Assembly: GCA_030390025.1 (NCBI GenBank)
Contig: CM059438.1
Coordinates: 67,396,001-67,460,000 of the forward strand
Source of the DNA: Squalus acanthias
Lineage: Eukaryota
Direction of reading: 5' to 3'
Length of the DNA: 64,000 bases
Shown: positions 53,089 through 64,000 of the stretch, piece after piece
How positions within the stretch are numbered: position 1 is the stretch's first letter
Layout of the letters: the number at the start of each line of letters is the position of its first letter
Translations under genes and position numbers: made by a program
Notes under the pieces: generated by a model
What the model was told of the DNA's origin: nothing
What the model saw: only the letters and a program-made list of their open reading frames with translations
Database searches by the model: none

Positions 53089-53770
53089 CTGTCTTTCTCT
53101 CCACGGATGCTGCCTGGCCTGCTGAATTTTTCCTACATTTATATAGTGCCTTTCATGACCTCAGGACGTCCCAAAGCACTTTACAGCCAATATGGTACTT
53201 TACAAGTGTAGTCACTGTTGTAATGTAGGAAATGTGACAGCCAATTTGCATACAGCAAGCTCCCACAAAGAGCAATGTGATAATGACCAGATAATCTGTA
53301 TTTTTAGTGAGTTGATTGAGTGATAATTATTGGCCAGGACACCGGGGATAACTTCCATGTTCTTCTTCAAAATAATGCCATGGGATCTTTTACGTCCATC
53401 TGAGAGAGCAGATGGGGCCTTGGTTTAACGTCTTCATCCGAAAGACGGATAATAAAACAAGAATAATGCAAATGACAAAATTCAATCATTGCAAGTAAGC
53501 AACATACAAATTAAAAGTTGTAAACCTTTAACAATTAGCAATATGTTGTCAAACTACAAGCATTTGAAGTTCAGTTATCAAGATATCCTTTGGGTCAATC
53601 TGGAGCAACCTAGGAAAATAAGGAATACTGTGAAATGCAGCAGGTGCAAGCAAAGTCACAGGCAACTAACTGAAGGACCTGAGGAAAATAGAAGGAACAC
53701 GGCAGCTGCAGAACAAAATGGGCAAGACTATCACAAGAATAGGAGAAAAAAATCACAAATGAAAAATAAT

Positions 53771-54850
53771 GGCCCAGATTTTCCTGTCAAAATAACAGTG
53801 GGGCTAAAGGCGCTCACTGTTATTTATACACAGATCGCACAGCAACTTCAGGCGATGGTTGATGCGAGGTTAAGCACAGACATACAGAAGTTACTGTCCG
53901 AGATGCGTCGTTCTGCCATTAGCTTTGCGAAAGCGGTATTTCACGGTCTGGCTCACCATTGAAATACATTGAGTGCCATGAAGTTCTTGTACGGGCAACA
54001 CGGTGGCATAGTGGTTAGCACTGTTGCCTCACAGCGCCAGGGACCCAGGTTCGAATCCGGCCTCGGGTGACTGTGTGGAGTTTACACATTGTCTGCGTGG
54101 GTTTCCTCCGGGTGCTCCGGTTTCCTCCCACAGTCTAAAGATGTGCGGGTTAGGTTGATTTGGCTATGGTAAATTGACCCTTAGTGTTAGGGGGGATTAA
54201 ATACGCGGGGATAGGGTGGGATATGTGTCGGTGCAGGCTCGATGGGCCGAAATGGCCTCTATCTGCACTGTGGGGATTCTGTGATACTTGCGTGGTAGGT
54301 ACGAACTAAACTCGCCACAGAAAGTTACAACTTGTCCATTTCAGTCTAAGGACCCTTTTTAATGGCGCGATAAGTGTTAATTACTGCCAAACAGCCACTC
54401 TGGCACTGAAAATGAGCTTTTACAAGTGTGGAGTCTCATTCCTTCAGCTTTTAATTATTGGAGATTTAAAAAGAAATTGAATTAATTTTTCTTTTAATTT
54501 TCCTTTCTGTCTCTTTTATTCTCTCACTCTTAATCTGATCTTTCTTTCTCTCTTTTTATTTTGCTTTCTGTACCTGATTTGACATTCAGTCCACTATTGT
54601 AACTTTCACTTCCTGATTCAGACTGTGCACTGTTCATTTCACAATCCTACAATCTGATTGGTTAAAGAGATAAACAGTTGCTTGTCCTGTTCACACAGGT
54701 CCCGGATGCCCTGTAGAGGGCGCCGTGCCATTTCCATCTCTCACGTCCAGCAACTTGCAGTGCAAGATCTCATGGAAATTAAACAGGCAAGGACAAGTAT
54801 AACTAACGGTGGGCCCCATTCATTGACTGGCTACAGCAAACTCTTGGGCC
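53771..54850. mobile_element. Non-autonomous Harbinger-like element with a nested SINE
   Basis: Imperfect TIRs GGCCCAGATTTTCCTGT / ACAGCAAACTCTTGGGCC, with AAT on both flanks. Confidence 0.65.
53993..54285 (+). mobile_element. HE1-like V-SINE
   Basis: tRNA-like head (GGTGGCATAGTGGTTAGC; GGTTCGAATCC), V-domain GCGTGGGTTTCCTCCGGGTGCTCCGGTTTCCTCCCAC, and CR1-like tail GATGGGCCGAAATGGCCT. Confidence 0.9.
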
Positions 54851-54936
54851 AATGCTTCGAAGAGACAGAATAATAGTTATGTACAGAGCCACATAATGGT
54901 ACTTCAATTATCAATAACCATATAGTTAAACTTAAA

Positions 54937-55788
54937 GGGGGAGAAATTCGGTATCGCCCCATTTGAGGGGCAATAATCGTCCGGGCGCAAAGTTTAGCGC
55001 CTGACGCTAATTATCACCTCCGACTGCAAACTTGGCTTCTATCGCCCCTGGAGGTGATTGGAGCGCTAAATCAGGCGCTACACACCTCTCTTAAGGCGCT
55101 AACGCCGAGGAGCGAGGCGCTATCTCAGAGCGCTGGCGAAGCTCATGTGATGTCAGTCAGCAATGAAACACAGACACACTGGCGCTGGCTAGTTCTTAAA
55201 GGGGAGGGTTGATCTTGCTCTCCATCCACACCTTGCTCATTGCAGCCTTGTATCTCGGCCTGGAGAGACCTGTACATCAAATCTGCTGGAAAGAACAATG
55301 GAGAGGCCCAGGGAAAGATGTCAGAGTGCAGCCCCCATAGTCTCTTCTAAATTGATGCAAGGAAGATCAAATCAAAATGAACCTGCAAAGTACTGCTCAG
55401 TACCCAAAACTCCTCAACACAGCGTTGAATATCTCCAGAAGTCTCTCTCTCTCACTCCGAATGCGTGGTGCAAAAATAGTGCTCCTCCAGTCCCTTCCCG
55501 ACTGCAAAACGCTCCCCTCTATCTGTCGTTGCTAGCGGCAGGCGGTAAGGCAGGGGGCACCACTCAATACCCGGTCCGGGGCGCTGCCGGGGCGTTGCAC
55601 GCTCAACTGACGTCACGATCTGCGGGCGCAGGCGATCGTGGCAGTAGTGTTTAGCGCCGCCGTAAAATGTCTGGTCAATTTCGCGAGCGGCGCAGAGATC
55701 GCCGCGCCCAGGTGCTAGTTGCTTTGCGCCCCATTAGCGCCCCCTTAAGGCGCTAACGGGAGGCACAAACCAACCGAATTTTTTCCCC
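54937..55788. mobile_element. PIF/Harbinger-type non-autonomous element, 852 bp
   Basis: TIRs GGGGGAGAAATTCGGT / ACCGAATTTTTTCCCC match at 14 of 16; AAA on both flanks; GGCGCTA-rich subtermini. Confidence 0.88.
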
Positions 55789-55834
55789 AAAGATCTTTAA
55801 AGGTGTTCACTTCCATCTAGAACAGCATTATGAA

Positions 55835-56130
55835 CTCAGCTGGTTGGCATGTTAACTTTGGAACTGAGCCATACAGTCCTGGAGGGATTGATGGACAGTG
55901 CAGGTTCTGGAGTGGTAGCTTCCATTGTTTACTGTGGTCCTGCTGCAGCCTAAGCGGATCCCAGTCTGCGATCAGTGAGGTTGTGATTGGGGCAGTACAA
56001 TTGGCCTATAGGCTGAAGGGGTGGAAAGAAAACAAAAGCCAGGGTTCTGATTCTTGATTGCTGTCCAGTGAGTCCTGAATGTTTTTGGCATATTCAGATG
56101 CCAGGTCAGGATTTGGTTGTGACATCCCTT
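55835..56130 (+). mobile_element. Old LF-SINE-like fragment
   Basis: ACTGAGCCATACAG...TACAATTGGCCT...AAAAGCCAGGGTTCTGATTCTTGATTGCTGTCCAGTGA, recognised from memory of the family; strongly diverged. Confidence 0.4.
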
Positions 56131-57784
56131 AGGATGAAAAAAAAACGTTGCTGGTTCTGTCTAGGGCACATGGGTGAAGTATTGGAATGGAGCAGCTCCA
56201 GTGGAACCATACACTCAGGAAAGGAGAGAAAATTGTATTGGAAGAAAAAACAGAAAGAAAAATTACTCAAGCAAATGACAGTGGTAAAAAGCTGCGATAG
56301 CTTTCCTGACATTCCTGGAACACAAACAGATTGTCCAATAAAACTTTCACGATGCCATGTAATGTGCAAATTATTCTTCTGTGACAGTCACGCCAGAGAG
56401 AATATTTCCTCTTCTCATCACATAACTTGAAGCACAACAACAAAGTTCAACGTGGAGATAAAAGATGCGAACTGTTCAGAGAATCTTATTGTGTTGAAAA
56501 GCAAGGCAACTTCAAAACAGGTAACTTCTCAACATCTTGTGTACGTTGCATCAAAGGAGTGCGCCTCCTGTGGTGTTGCCTGCAGTGAGTTGGAGGTTAT
56601 GTTCAAAGTTTGTCAGATGTGGAGAAGGAGTGAAGTAAGTATCATGTGGTGAAGTATTTCTTGATTGGCGTAAATCTCCCAGGAATCAATTGGAAAGGCA
56701 TGACAGATTTTCTTTGCGTTGCGCTCATAGTTTGACGCATACTATCTACAAAACTTTTAATACATCTTCCAACCCATTATTCATGAGCAGTCCGGGTTCT
56801 GGAGTACGCCGTCCAATGTGTACTGTGGTCCCGCTGCAGCCTAAGTGGGACAGTAGTTTGCCTATGGCCGTAATGCAACACATTTATTGAAGCAATATAT
56901 CCCTTGACGAACACGAGTGAAAAGTATCACTCACTGTACTGATACTGAAAGATACTGGGATACTGGGCCTCACTGATGTATTTGCAATACTATTTATCTA
57001 TAAAACTTGCATATAACTTTATTTGCTGTTCATTCCCTGAAACTTATTTGTTTTTTACATTCTACGATATTTTGCTCTACCTTCCACAGTGAATTTTCAG
57101 TATTTGCTTCTGGTGTTTTTCATTTCCTCTTCCTTCCTCAAAATCTTCCGCCTTTGTCTCAGGGCTTTACATGACCATTAAAGGTATTTTATTTCCTTCT
57201 CTTCTTTCTCATGGGGAATTGTTCTTGCTGAGGCTTCCTTGGTGCCACTGACAGATCGCCAATGGCCAGCACCTTGAGTCGATTACAATTCACCATGGTC
57301 CCGACCTGGCTGGCTAACTCTGGTTGTGGTGACGTCAAGGCACCTCATAAACAATCCCTGGGCAGGACAAAGACATTAGTTCCCCTCAGTACCTTCAGCT
57401 CAGAATTTTTAGCGAAACTTTATACAACATTGAAAAAAATTGAAGCTGGCGGTTTATCTGACTATTGCCCATTCCCCAGCAGCACATTTTCAAGAACAAG
57501 CAAGTAGGGGTCCTAGGATGAAAACCAGGCGCCAGGTCCCTTTACGTTGCTCCAGACTGTCTGAGCTTTTCACGTGGGGAGTGCGGTGGAGTTATAGCGA
57601 TATGGTGGGGGTGGGGGGGGGTGTTTCCTAAGGACTTCTCTGGCTCCTCCGCTGTAACTTCGAAGGAAACCTTGTTAACGCGCAATGATTTCCATCGAAA
57701 GTTCGGGCAGCGGAGCGGGGTAAAGCCCTGAGGAATGTTCACCCTCGTGGATAATCGACTGCGTATGAGCTGTCTGCAACACAA

Positions 57785-58830
57785 AACCAAAAAGCAGAGA
57801 AGTTATGTTAAACTTGTATAGAACCTTTGTTAGACCACACTTAGAGTATTGTGCACAGCTCTGATTCTCCATATTACAAAAAGGATATAGAGGCACTGGA
57901 GAAGGTGCAAAACAGATTTATAAGGATGTTACCAGAACTGAGAGGTTATAACTATCAGGAAAGACTGAACAGGCTGTGGTTCTTTTCTCTAGAAAAGAGA
58001 AGGCTGAGGGGTGACCTGATAGGGTCAACTGTGGCTCACTGGCTAGCACACTCGCCACTGAGTCAGAAGGTTGTGGGTTCATAGTCCCCCTCCAGGGACT
58101 GGAGCACATAAAAATCTAGGCTGACACTTCAGTGCCGTACTGAGGGAGTGCTGTCTTTCGGATGAGACGTTAAACTGAGGCCTGTCCGCTCTCTCAGGAG
58201 GACGTAAAAGATCCCATGGCACTATTTTGAAGAAGAGCAGGGGAGTTATCCCAGTGCCCTGGCCAATATTTATCCCTCAATCAACATAACAACAACAGCT
58301 TATTTGGTCATTATCACATTGCTGTTTGTGGGAGCTTGCTGTGCGCAAATTGGCTGCCGCGTTTCCCACATTACAACAGTGACTACACTTCAAAAAGTAC
58401 TTCATTGGCTGTAAAGCGCTTTGGGACGTCCAGTGGTTGTGAAAGGCGCTATATAAATGCAAGTCTTTCTTTTTTCTTTTTTTCTTTAAAATTATGAAGG
58501 GGTTCGATAGGGTAGACGATGGGAGGATGTTTCCACTTGCGGGGAGTCCAAAACTAGGGATCATAAATATAGGATATTCACTAATAAATCCAATAGGGAA
58601 TTCAGGAGAAACTTCTTTATCCAGAGAATGGTTAGAATGTGGAACTCGCTACCACAGGGAGTAGTTGCGGCAAGTAGCATAGATGCATTTAAGGGGAAGC
58701 TAGATAAATACATGAGGAAGAAAGAAATAGAAGGATATGGTGATAGGGAGAGATGAAGTAGAGTGGGAGGAGGCTCGTGTGCATAGAGCAGTTGGGCCAC
58801 ATGTTCTGTTTCTGTGGTGTAAATTCGATG
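57785..58830 (+). mobile_element. CR1 LINE 3' part interrupted by a SINE
   Basis: LYRTFVRPHLEYCAQ...YKKDIEALEKVQ...RRLRGDLI | FKIMKGFDRVD...TRDHKY...FFIQRMVRMWNSLP. Confidence 0.92.
58022..58483 (+). mobile_element. Near full-length Deu-SINE (SacSINE1-like)
   Basis: tRNA-like head (GTGGCTCACTGG...GAGTCAGAAGGTTGTGGGTTCA), core CTTTCGGATGAGACGTTAAAC...AAAGATCCCATGGCACTATTT, and tail GCGCTATATAAATGCAAGTCTTTCTTT. Confidence 0.88.
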
Positions 58831-59440
58831 TAAAAGTTCTGCAGGCCACATAAACTGCTTCTTTCTTCTAGTTTTTGAACTCGTCAGTGTTGTAGCCTAG
58901 AAAGAAACTCCCAGACAGCTGGTACTGTCCTTATGTTACTGTACACAATGCAGGAGTACAAACTGGGACTGGAGAAATAGTGAGTTTACTGTCATAAGCG
59001 ATTCTCCCCATTCTCCCGTGTCATTAATCTTCCCCATGCTGCCACAGACACAGTCAATGTGGTTGCCCTCTGGGCCGCTTTTATTACACTTTACAGAGAC
59101 TTCTATCTCCTCAAGACAATTCCTTTTTAATTTCTACAGTCTCCTCGTAATCTCTTGGGTTATTTCTGAGAGGTTTTGCCGGTTCCCTGGGCCCGCTCCT
59201 GCCATCTGTTTTCATCAAACTATACCAGCTCCATGGGCAACTAATTGGTCATCTTTGTTCCACACATTTAAGGTTTATATCCTCTGCAGCGCACGGCATA
59301 TAAAATAAAAGCCTCAGAGGGCTCCAAGTCTGGTGTTCAATCCGAAGCATTTTGTTGACTGTACAGACCATTTGGCTTCACTTTCTCTTTCAGGTTATGG
59401 TGCTACCGGAACCTAACCTTGGAATTAAAACTTCATGAAG

Positions 59441-59775
59441 GAAGACTTGCATTTCTATAGCGCCTTTCACGACCTCAGGACATCCCAAAACACTTTACAG
59501 CCATAAAATACTTTTGAAGTATAGCCACTGCTGTAATGTAGGGAACACAGCGGACAAATTTGCAAAAAGCAAGACCCTACAAGCAGCAACGTAATAATGA
59601 CCAGATAACCTATTTTAATGATGTTGGTTGAGGGATAAATATTGTCCAAAGCACTCCCTCGCTCTTCTTCAATATAGAGCCAAGGGATCTTTTATGTCCA
59701 CCTGAGAGGGCAGATGGGGCTTTGGTTTACCGTCTCATCTGAATGATGGCAATTCCGAAAGTGCAAGACTCCCTT
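59441..59775 (-). mobile_element. Deu-SINE, 5'-truncated
   Basis: Reverse-strand homologue of 58140-58470. Confidence 0.85.
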
Positions 59776-60212
59776 AAAAGTAGAAGGAAAATAATCATTG
59801 ATGAAACTTACTTTATTATTGTCAACTAACTCGAAATTAGGATTAAATTTGTTAGGGTGAATAAACTAGAATGATCTTGATTCATTGGTCAGCTTGATCA
59901 TTATGTCCTCTCCCTCTTCATCATTATCCTCCTCGGCATCATCATTCTCATAGTCCACGAAGAAGAATTTCCTTCTCCCCTGCTCCTCATCTTTTCATTG
60001 TTTGCCCCCTGTTGCAGTGATGGATGGTGCAAGCTAAGAATGGGTGAGCACAACCCCTTGGAATAAAGGAGACAGGGAAATATCACGGTGAGTGTGCAGT
60101 TGTACTCCCACTAACCTTTTGCCAGCACTGTGCAACTGGCCTCACCCTGTCCATGGCTATAATAGAATGCCTATCCATCAGCTCCATGGCCTATTGGTTT
60201 AAGGGGTGAGGT

Positions 60213-60330
60213 CATAGAAACATAGAAACATAGAATCTAGGAGCAGGAGTAGGCCATTCGGCCCGTCGAGCCTGCTCCGCCATTCAATACGATCATGGCT
60301 GATCATCCAAATCCAGTACCCTGTCCCTGC
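60213..60330 (-). mobile_element. CR1 LINE 3' tail
   Basis: (CATAGAAA)n then GGAGCAGGAGTAGGCCATTCGGCCC, as at 46782 and 60873. Confidence 0.85.
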
Positions 60331-60331
60331 T

Positions 60332-60647
60332 TTAATCCCCACAGTACACATATCCCACCCTACCCCCGTAACCCCACGTATTTAATTCCCCCTAACATAT
60401 CCCATCCTATCCCCATAACCCCACATATTTAATCCCCCCTAACACTAAGGGTCAATTTATCATAGCCAAATCAACCTAACCCACACATTTTTGGACTGTG
60501 GGAGGAAACCGGAGCACCCGGAGGAAACCCACGCAGACACGGGGAGAATGTGCAAACTCCACACAGACAGTCACCCGAGGTCAGATTCGAACCCGGGTCT
60601 CTGGCGCTGTGAGGCACCAGTGCTAACCACTATGCCACCATGTTGCC
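60332..60647 (-). mobile_element. HE1-like V-SINE with an internal 47-bp tandem duplication
   Basis: Reverse complement of 53993-54285; duplicated unit at 60348-60394 and 60395-60441. Confidence 0.9.
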
Positions 60648-60872
60648 ACCATCTTTGATGTTGGGGGTGCCCAATATTGGGGATGCCTCTTGTCTCTCGC
60701 AGGCATTGTGCACAAGTTTCTCCTCCAACAAGACTGAGTGAATTAGGTGAAGACTAACAATTGAGAGGTGTCTCTAGGGTCGAATAGCACTGATATAAGA
60801 GATCTGGTGGTATCACCCTATTAAAGTGGAGGAAGGATTTTTATGGTTCTGCATGCAAATAGGTACTGTTAC

Positions 60873-61148
60873 CATAGAAACATAGAAAAAAAAATGGGAG
60901 CAGGAGTAGGCCATTCGGCCCTTCGAGCCTGCTCCGCCATTCAATATGATCATGGCTGATCCTCTATCTCAATACCATATTCCCGCTCTCTCCCCATACC
61001 CCTTGACGTCTTTTGCATCTAGAAATCTATCTATCTCCTTCTTAAATATATTCAGTGACTTGGCCGCCACAGCCTTCTGTGGTAGAGAATTCCACAGGTT
61101 CACCACCCTCTGAGTGAAGAAATTTCTCCTCATCTCAGTCCTAAATGT
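60873..61148 (-). mobile_element. CR1 LINE 3' fragment
   Basis: FRTEMRRNFFTQRVVNLWNSLPQKAV...; very similar to 46790-47058. Confidence 0.92.
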
Positions 61149-62504
61149 TAAGAAAGATGAGGGCACATACTATAAGATGCCAAGTTAGTATCCTCCTTAA
61201 CCAAAGTGCACTGTGAAGGGTTAGTTGTACAGCTCTTAATTTAAGCGGGTATAGAGCATATTGGGTACCCAGGGAGAAAAAGGAACAATGGTTGGCATGT
61301 AACCTTGTCTGTCCTGCTCAGGTCATTGAACTTCTTGCAGGACGTCTCTGTAGTGGGGGGTGAGATATTTGCCACCTCCCCTAATATGGCACAAATATTT
61401 CATTGCAGCTTCCTCCAATGGGGACCCAGCAGTCTCTCTCTCCTCTGCTCAACCTCCTCGAGGAAAGGTTTGGAGATCGATCTCACTGAAGTTGTGAGCT
61501 CTTCCTTTGATCCACCTTGCAATGCTCTTGTCCCTTCCTTGTCTGTCTGTGCCGAATCCTCCAGGGGAAGACACTCTTGAAAAGAGGGGCAAAAATCACA
61601 CGTGAGCATCCAGTGCAGCTGCCTGACGGTGAACTCAGTGATCCAAACACTTCCCTACTTCCCTGCTGCTGCAGTCTTTATCCGAACATGGCTTTGTAAA
61701 GGCCGCAGCCTCATTTCCAAGCAGCCGCCAGCAAACTGCACCCATTCTGCACTGGATTGGCGCCGGCAAACAGCCAACAGATATTTAAATGAGGCGGCCC
61801 GGCAAATCTTGGCAAACTCGGATCTACAGGGCATTGGCGGGTGCAACGGAAGACTCGTTGGGGCAAATCCGGTGCATTTCAACCACGTGCGAGTTGTGGG
61901 TCCTGTACTGTTGTTTGACTGACTTAACTAATCCGGTGCAATTGTTCTTGTGAGCTTGATTCGAAATCTCTTTATTGTTGAAAAGCATGCCTTTTTGTAT
62001 CATATCAGTTCAGCAATAAAATGCGTTTGCTGACAAAAATATGTGACAATCGGTCATGTGGCAGATCATCATTTTGAACAGTAGTGCATGCATATTCATG
62101 AAGAAATGCATTTGGGCATTTGGTGCAGGAACTCGCTGCTACACATATTTTATTTACCAAAGTGAGTCCTTCAATAACTCTTCAAAAGTCAGCACTGTTC
62201 TCCCTCTCCTTACTCTTATTATTGTAGAATATTTATGACCGTGTCAGAACGCAGCCCCCCAGAGCCTTGCGGCTCATTTCGAATTCTGCGCATTCCCAAA
62301 TTTGTACAGGAAGTAATATGAAAAATCACGTCAGCTTTTTAAAACTGACATCCAGATTACTTCTATCTCTTGTGTGCTTGCGTGTCCCTGCATTTTAGTA
62401 TGTTTGGGAAACAAGACCTCCATTATTCACGAATCTTTGACATGTCGGTTGCAACTGCTTTGTGCTACTAAATCATTACGATGTGTTCACATCTTATTTT
62501 AGAC

Positions 62505-62696
62505 CCCAGTGGCACAGTTGGTAAATGCACTGCCTCGTGCAGCCCCAGACAGACCAATGAAATCCCGATCTCATTCCCAATCTGTGCTGAGTTAACAGAT
62601 CGCAGCTGGAGTGATTTTGTGGACCCTACAACTTAGGAAAGGGAGAGAAAAAAATCAGCCATTTTTACGATCCAGTTGCATTTTAGCTGAGGACAG
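62505..62696 (+). mobile_element. Old LF-SINE-like fragment
   Basis: tRNA-like head CAGTGGCACAGTTGGTAAATGCACTG...TCTGTGCTGAGTTAACAGATCGCAGCTGG...AAAAATCAGCCA. Confidence 0.5.
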
Positions 62697-63282
62697 GTAC
62701 AAGGTACTTAAGGGGATCTTTCTCAATCTCTTTCCCTCCCTTCCCCCTCTTAAAGGTCTATTTCTGATCTTGTTTATCTCTCTGTCTCTCACTCCCCCCA
62801 CCACCCAAAGAGTGTTCTCTCTCCTCCCTTCAACTGGGCCTTTAAGAGGGTCTCTCTCCTTCTCCCCTATCAAAGTTTTCCACTCTTGCACTTCCTTTTC
62901 CCGCCCAAGAAAGGCCCTCTCATTGTCCCTTCCCTTCCTGTCCTTGTCTTCTTCATTCCCCAAGCCACAGCATAGCTGAAATAAATAAAGTCAGAAGTCT
63001 TTTCATTGAACATTGGAGTTGTGAGCATATCGCAGCGGGTGTTGGTTATACGAATAGAGAAGCATCTTGATGTTCACATGTCTGTTTATTTTGGGGCCTG
63101 TTACATGGGCCTTCTATTGTGAAGAGTGAGCTGGTCTGGTGGGGCTCATAAAGTATGGTCGAGAAGATGTACTCAGAGGCTAGGACGTTGAGACACTTGG
63201 TGGGTGCGTCGTGCTGTTTGTGGGGTGAGGGGAGAAAGTTGTTGTTAATGACTTACTCTATAAATTTTACTTGTTATATCAT

Positions 63283-63425
63283 CATAGAATCATACAACAC
63301 AGGATGAGGCCTTTCGGCCCATCGTGCCTTTGACGGCTCTTTGAAAGAGCTATCCAATTACTCCCACTCCCCTGCTCTTTCCTCATAGCCCTGCAAATGT
63401 TTCCTTTTTAAGTATATATCCAATT
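63283..63425 (-). mobile_element. CR1 LINE 3' fragment
   Basis: CATAGAATCATACAACACAGGATGAGGCCTTTCGGCCCATCGTGCC...CTTTGAAAGAGCTATCCAATTA. Confidence 0.78.
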
Positions 63426-64000
63426 AGGTGATACATTTTATTTTCAGAGGCAGACAGTGGAGTGGGTGTGGAACTATTACGGTGTCGGTATCTCAGAGAG
63501 CCATTTTTGTCAGGAAATGACTGGGTAGAATTTTGCGGGAAAAATGCAGCAGTGTGAATTTATTTTTGTGGGATTGTGGTTGGATAGAAAGGTTTTACAC
63601 GATATGATTGGTGAACAACAAATGTAGAAAATAGTCAATTGGAAAAGAGAAAAACACAAAAATTTAAAGAGGAGGAAGAAAAATAAACTGCCGCACACAA
63701 CATGAATAACAGACATCGGAGATTTTATTCTAAAGACGCATAATTGTAACTACTAGCTAAATGCACCCTTGATTTCTAAAGGTTCTTAGCAAAAACATGC
63801 GTTTTGGTGATATGTGCATGTAACAATGTGGGTCAGGAGAAAGGAAACAAAATCTTCTGATTAGTTGCTCAATTTGTAGCAACACTGGAGACTGCCAAAC
63901 GCTGAGGTGAATATAGTTTGGTTTGTGGCAGAAGTTGAATGATGATTGCCATATTTGAACCTTTTTAGACCAAAATAATTCTGTTCCCCTTTTTGAAAGC

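Larger units (their letters stand above)
52063..53133 (+). mobile_element. 5'-truncated Penelope-like retroelement (GIY-YIG endonuclease plus pLTR)
   Basis: 14-bp duplication TACATTTATATAGT at 52049-52062 and 53134-53147; GIY-YIG ORF; hammerhead motif near the 3' end. Confidence 0.92.
52028..53448 (-). mobile_element. Deu-SINE (SacSINE1-like) split by a Penelope insertion
   Basis: Tail at 52028-52062; body resumes at 53134-53448 and is homologous to 58022-58483. Confidence 0.85.
59900..61510 (-). pseudogene. Second, heavily decayed spliced Harbinger Myb/SANT-like gene
   Basis: Exon 1 ~61510-61304: KGRAHNFSEIDLQT/LEEVEQRRERLLG...EVA...CKKFNDLSRTDK, then GT. Exon 2 60722-60651 (EKLVHNACERQ) plus 60212-60116 (LTP../AMELM, then GTTAGT). 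An acidic third exon lies near 60056-59900. Confidence 0.7.

Noticed and set aside
53489..53962. 157-aa plus-strand ORF
   Set aside because: It crosses a transposon boundary at 53771, has a non-ATG start and no domain
53993..54070. tRNA gene (also 58022-58090 and 60570-60647)
   Set aside because: The A/B boxes continue into SINE bodies and tails, so these are SINE heads
57084..57125. CACAGTG heptamer as a V(D)J recombination signal
   Set aside because: There is no ACAAAAACC-like nonamer at 12 or 23 bp and no V/J coding segment

Overview
Repeat-dense eukaryotic DNA, most likely from a cartilaginous fish. That is inferred from the HE1-like V-SINEs, SacSINE1-like Deu-SINEs, CR1 LINEs, Penelope-like elements and intron-containing Harbinger Myb/SANT genes. 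About 38 kb (6820-44831) is one minisatellite with consensus CAGGTGCTAGACTCTCTCTCA. It has 17/19/21/23-nt length variants and kilobase-scale higher-order duplications, and all ORFs called inside it are artefacts. The flanks are nested transposon debris: CR1 and L2 fragments, SINEs, several PIF/Harbinger-type MITEs with 3-bp target duplications, two decayed spliced Myb/SANT genes, and two Penelope-like insertions with minimal hammerhead ribozyme motifs. One of these insertions is a 243-bp near-perfect palindrome with a hammerhead in each arm. No intact host gene is recognisable, only two weak minus-strand exon candidates. I found no convincing new biological system; the array architecture and the palindromic twin-hammerhead insert are the most unusual objects. 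Family names come from motif recognition, not database searches.
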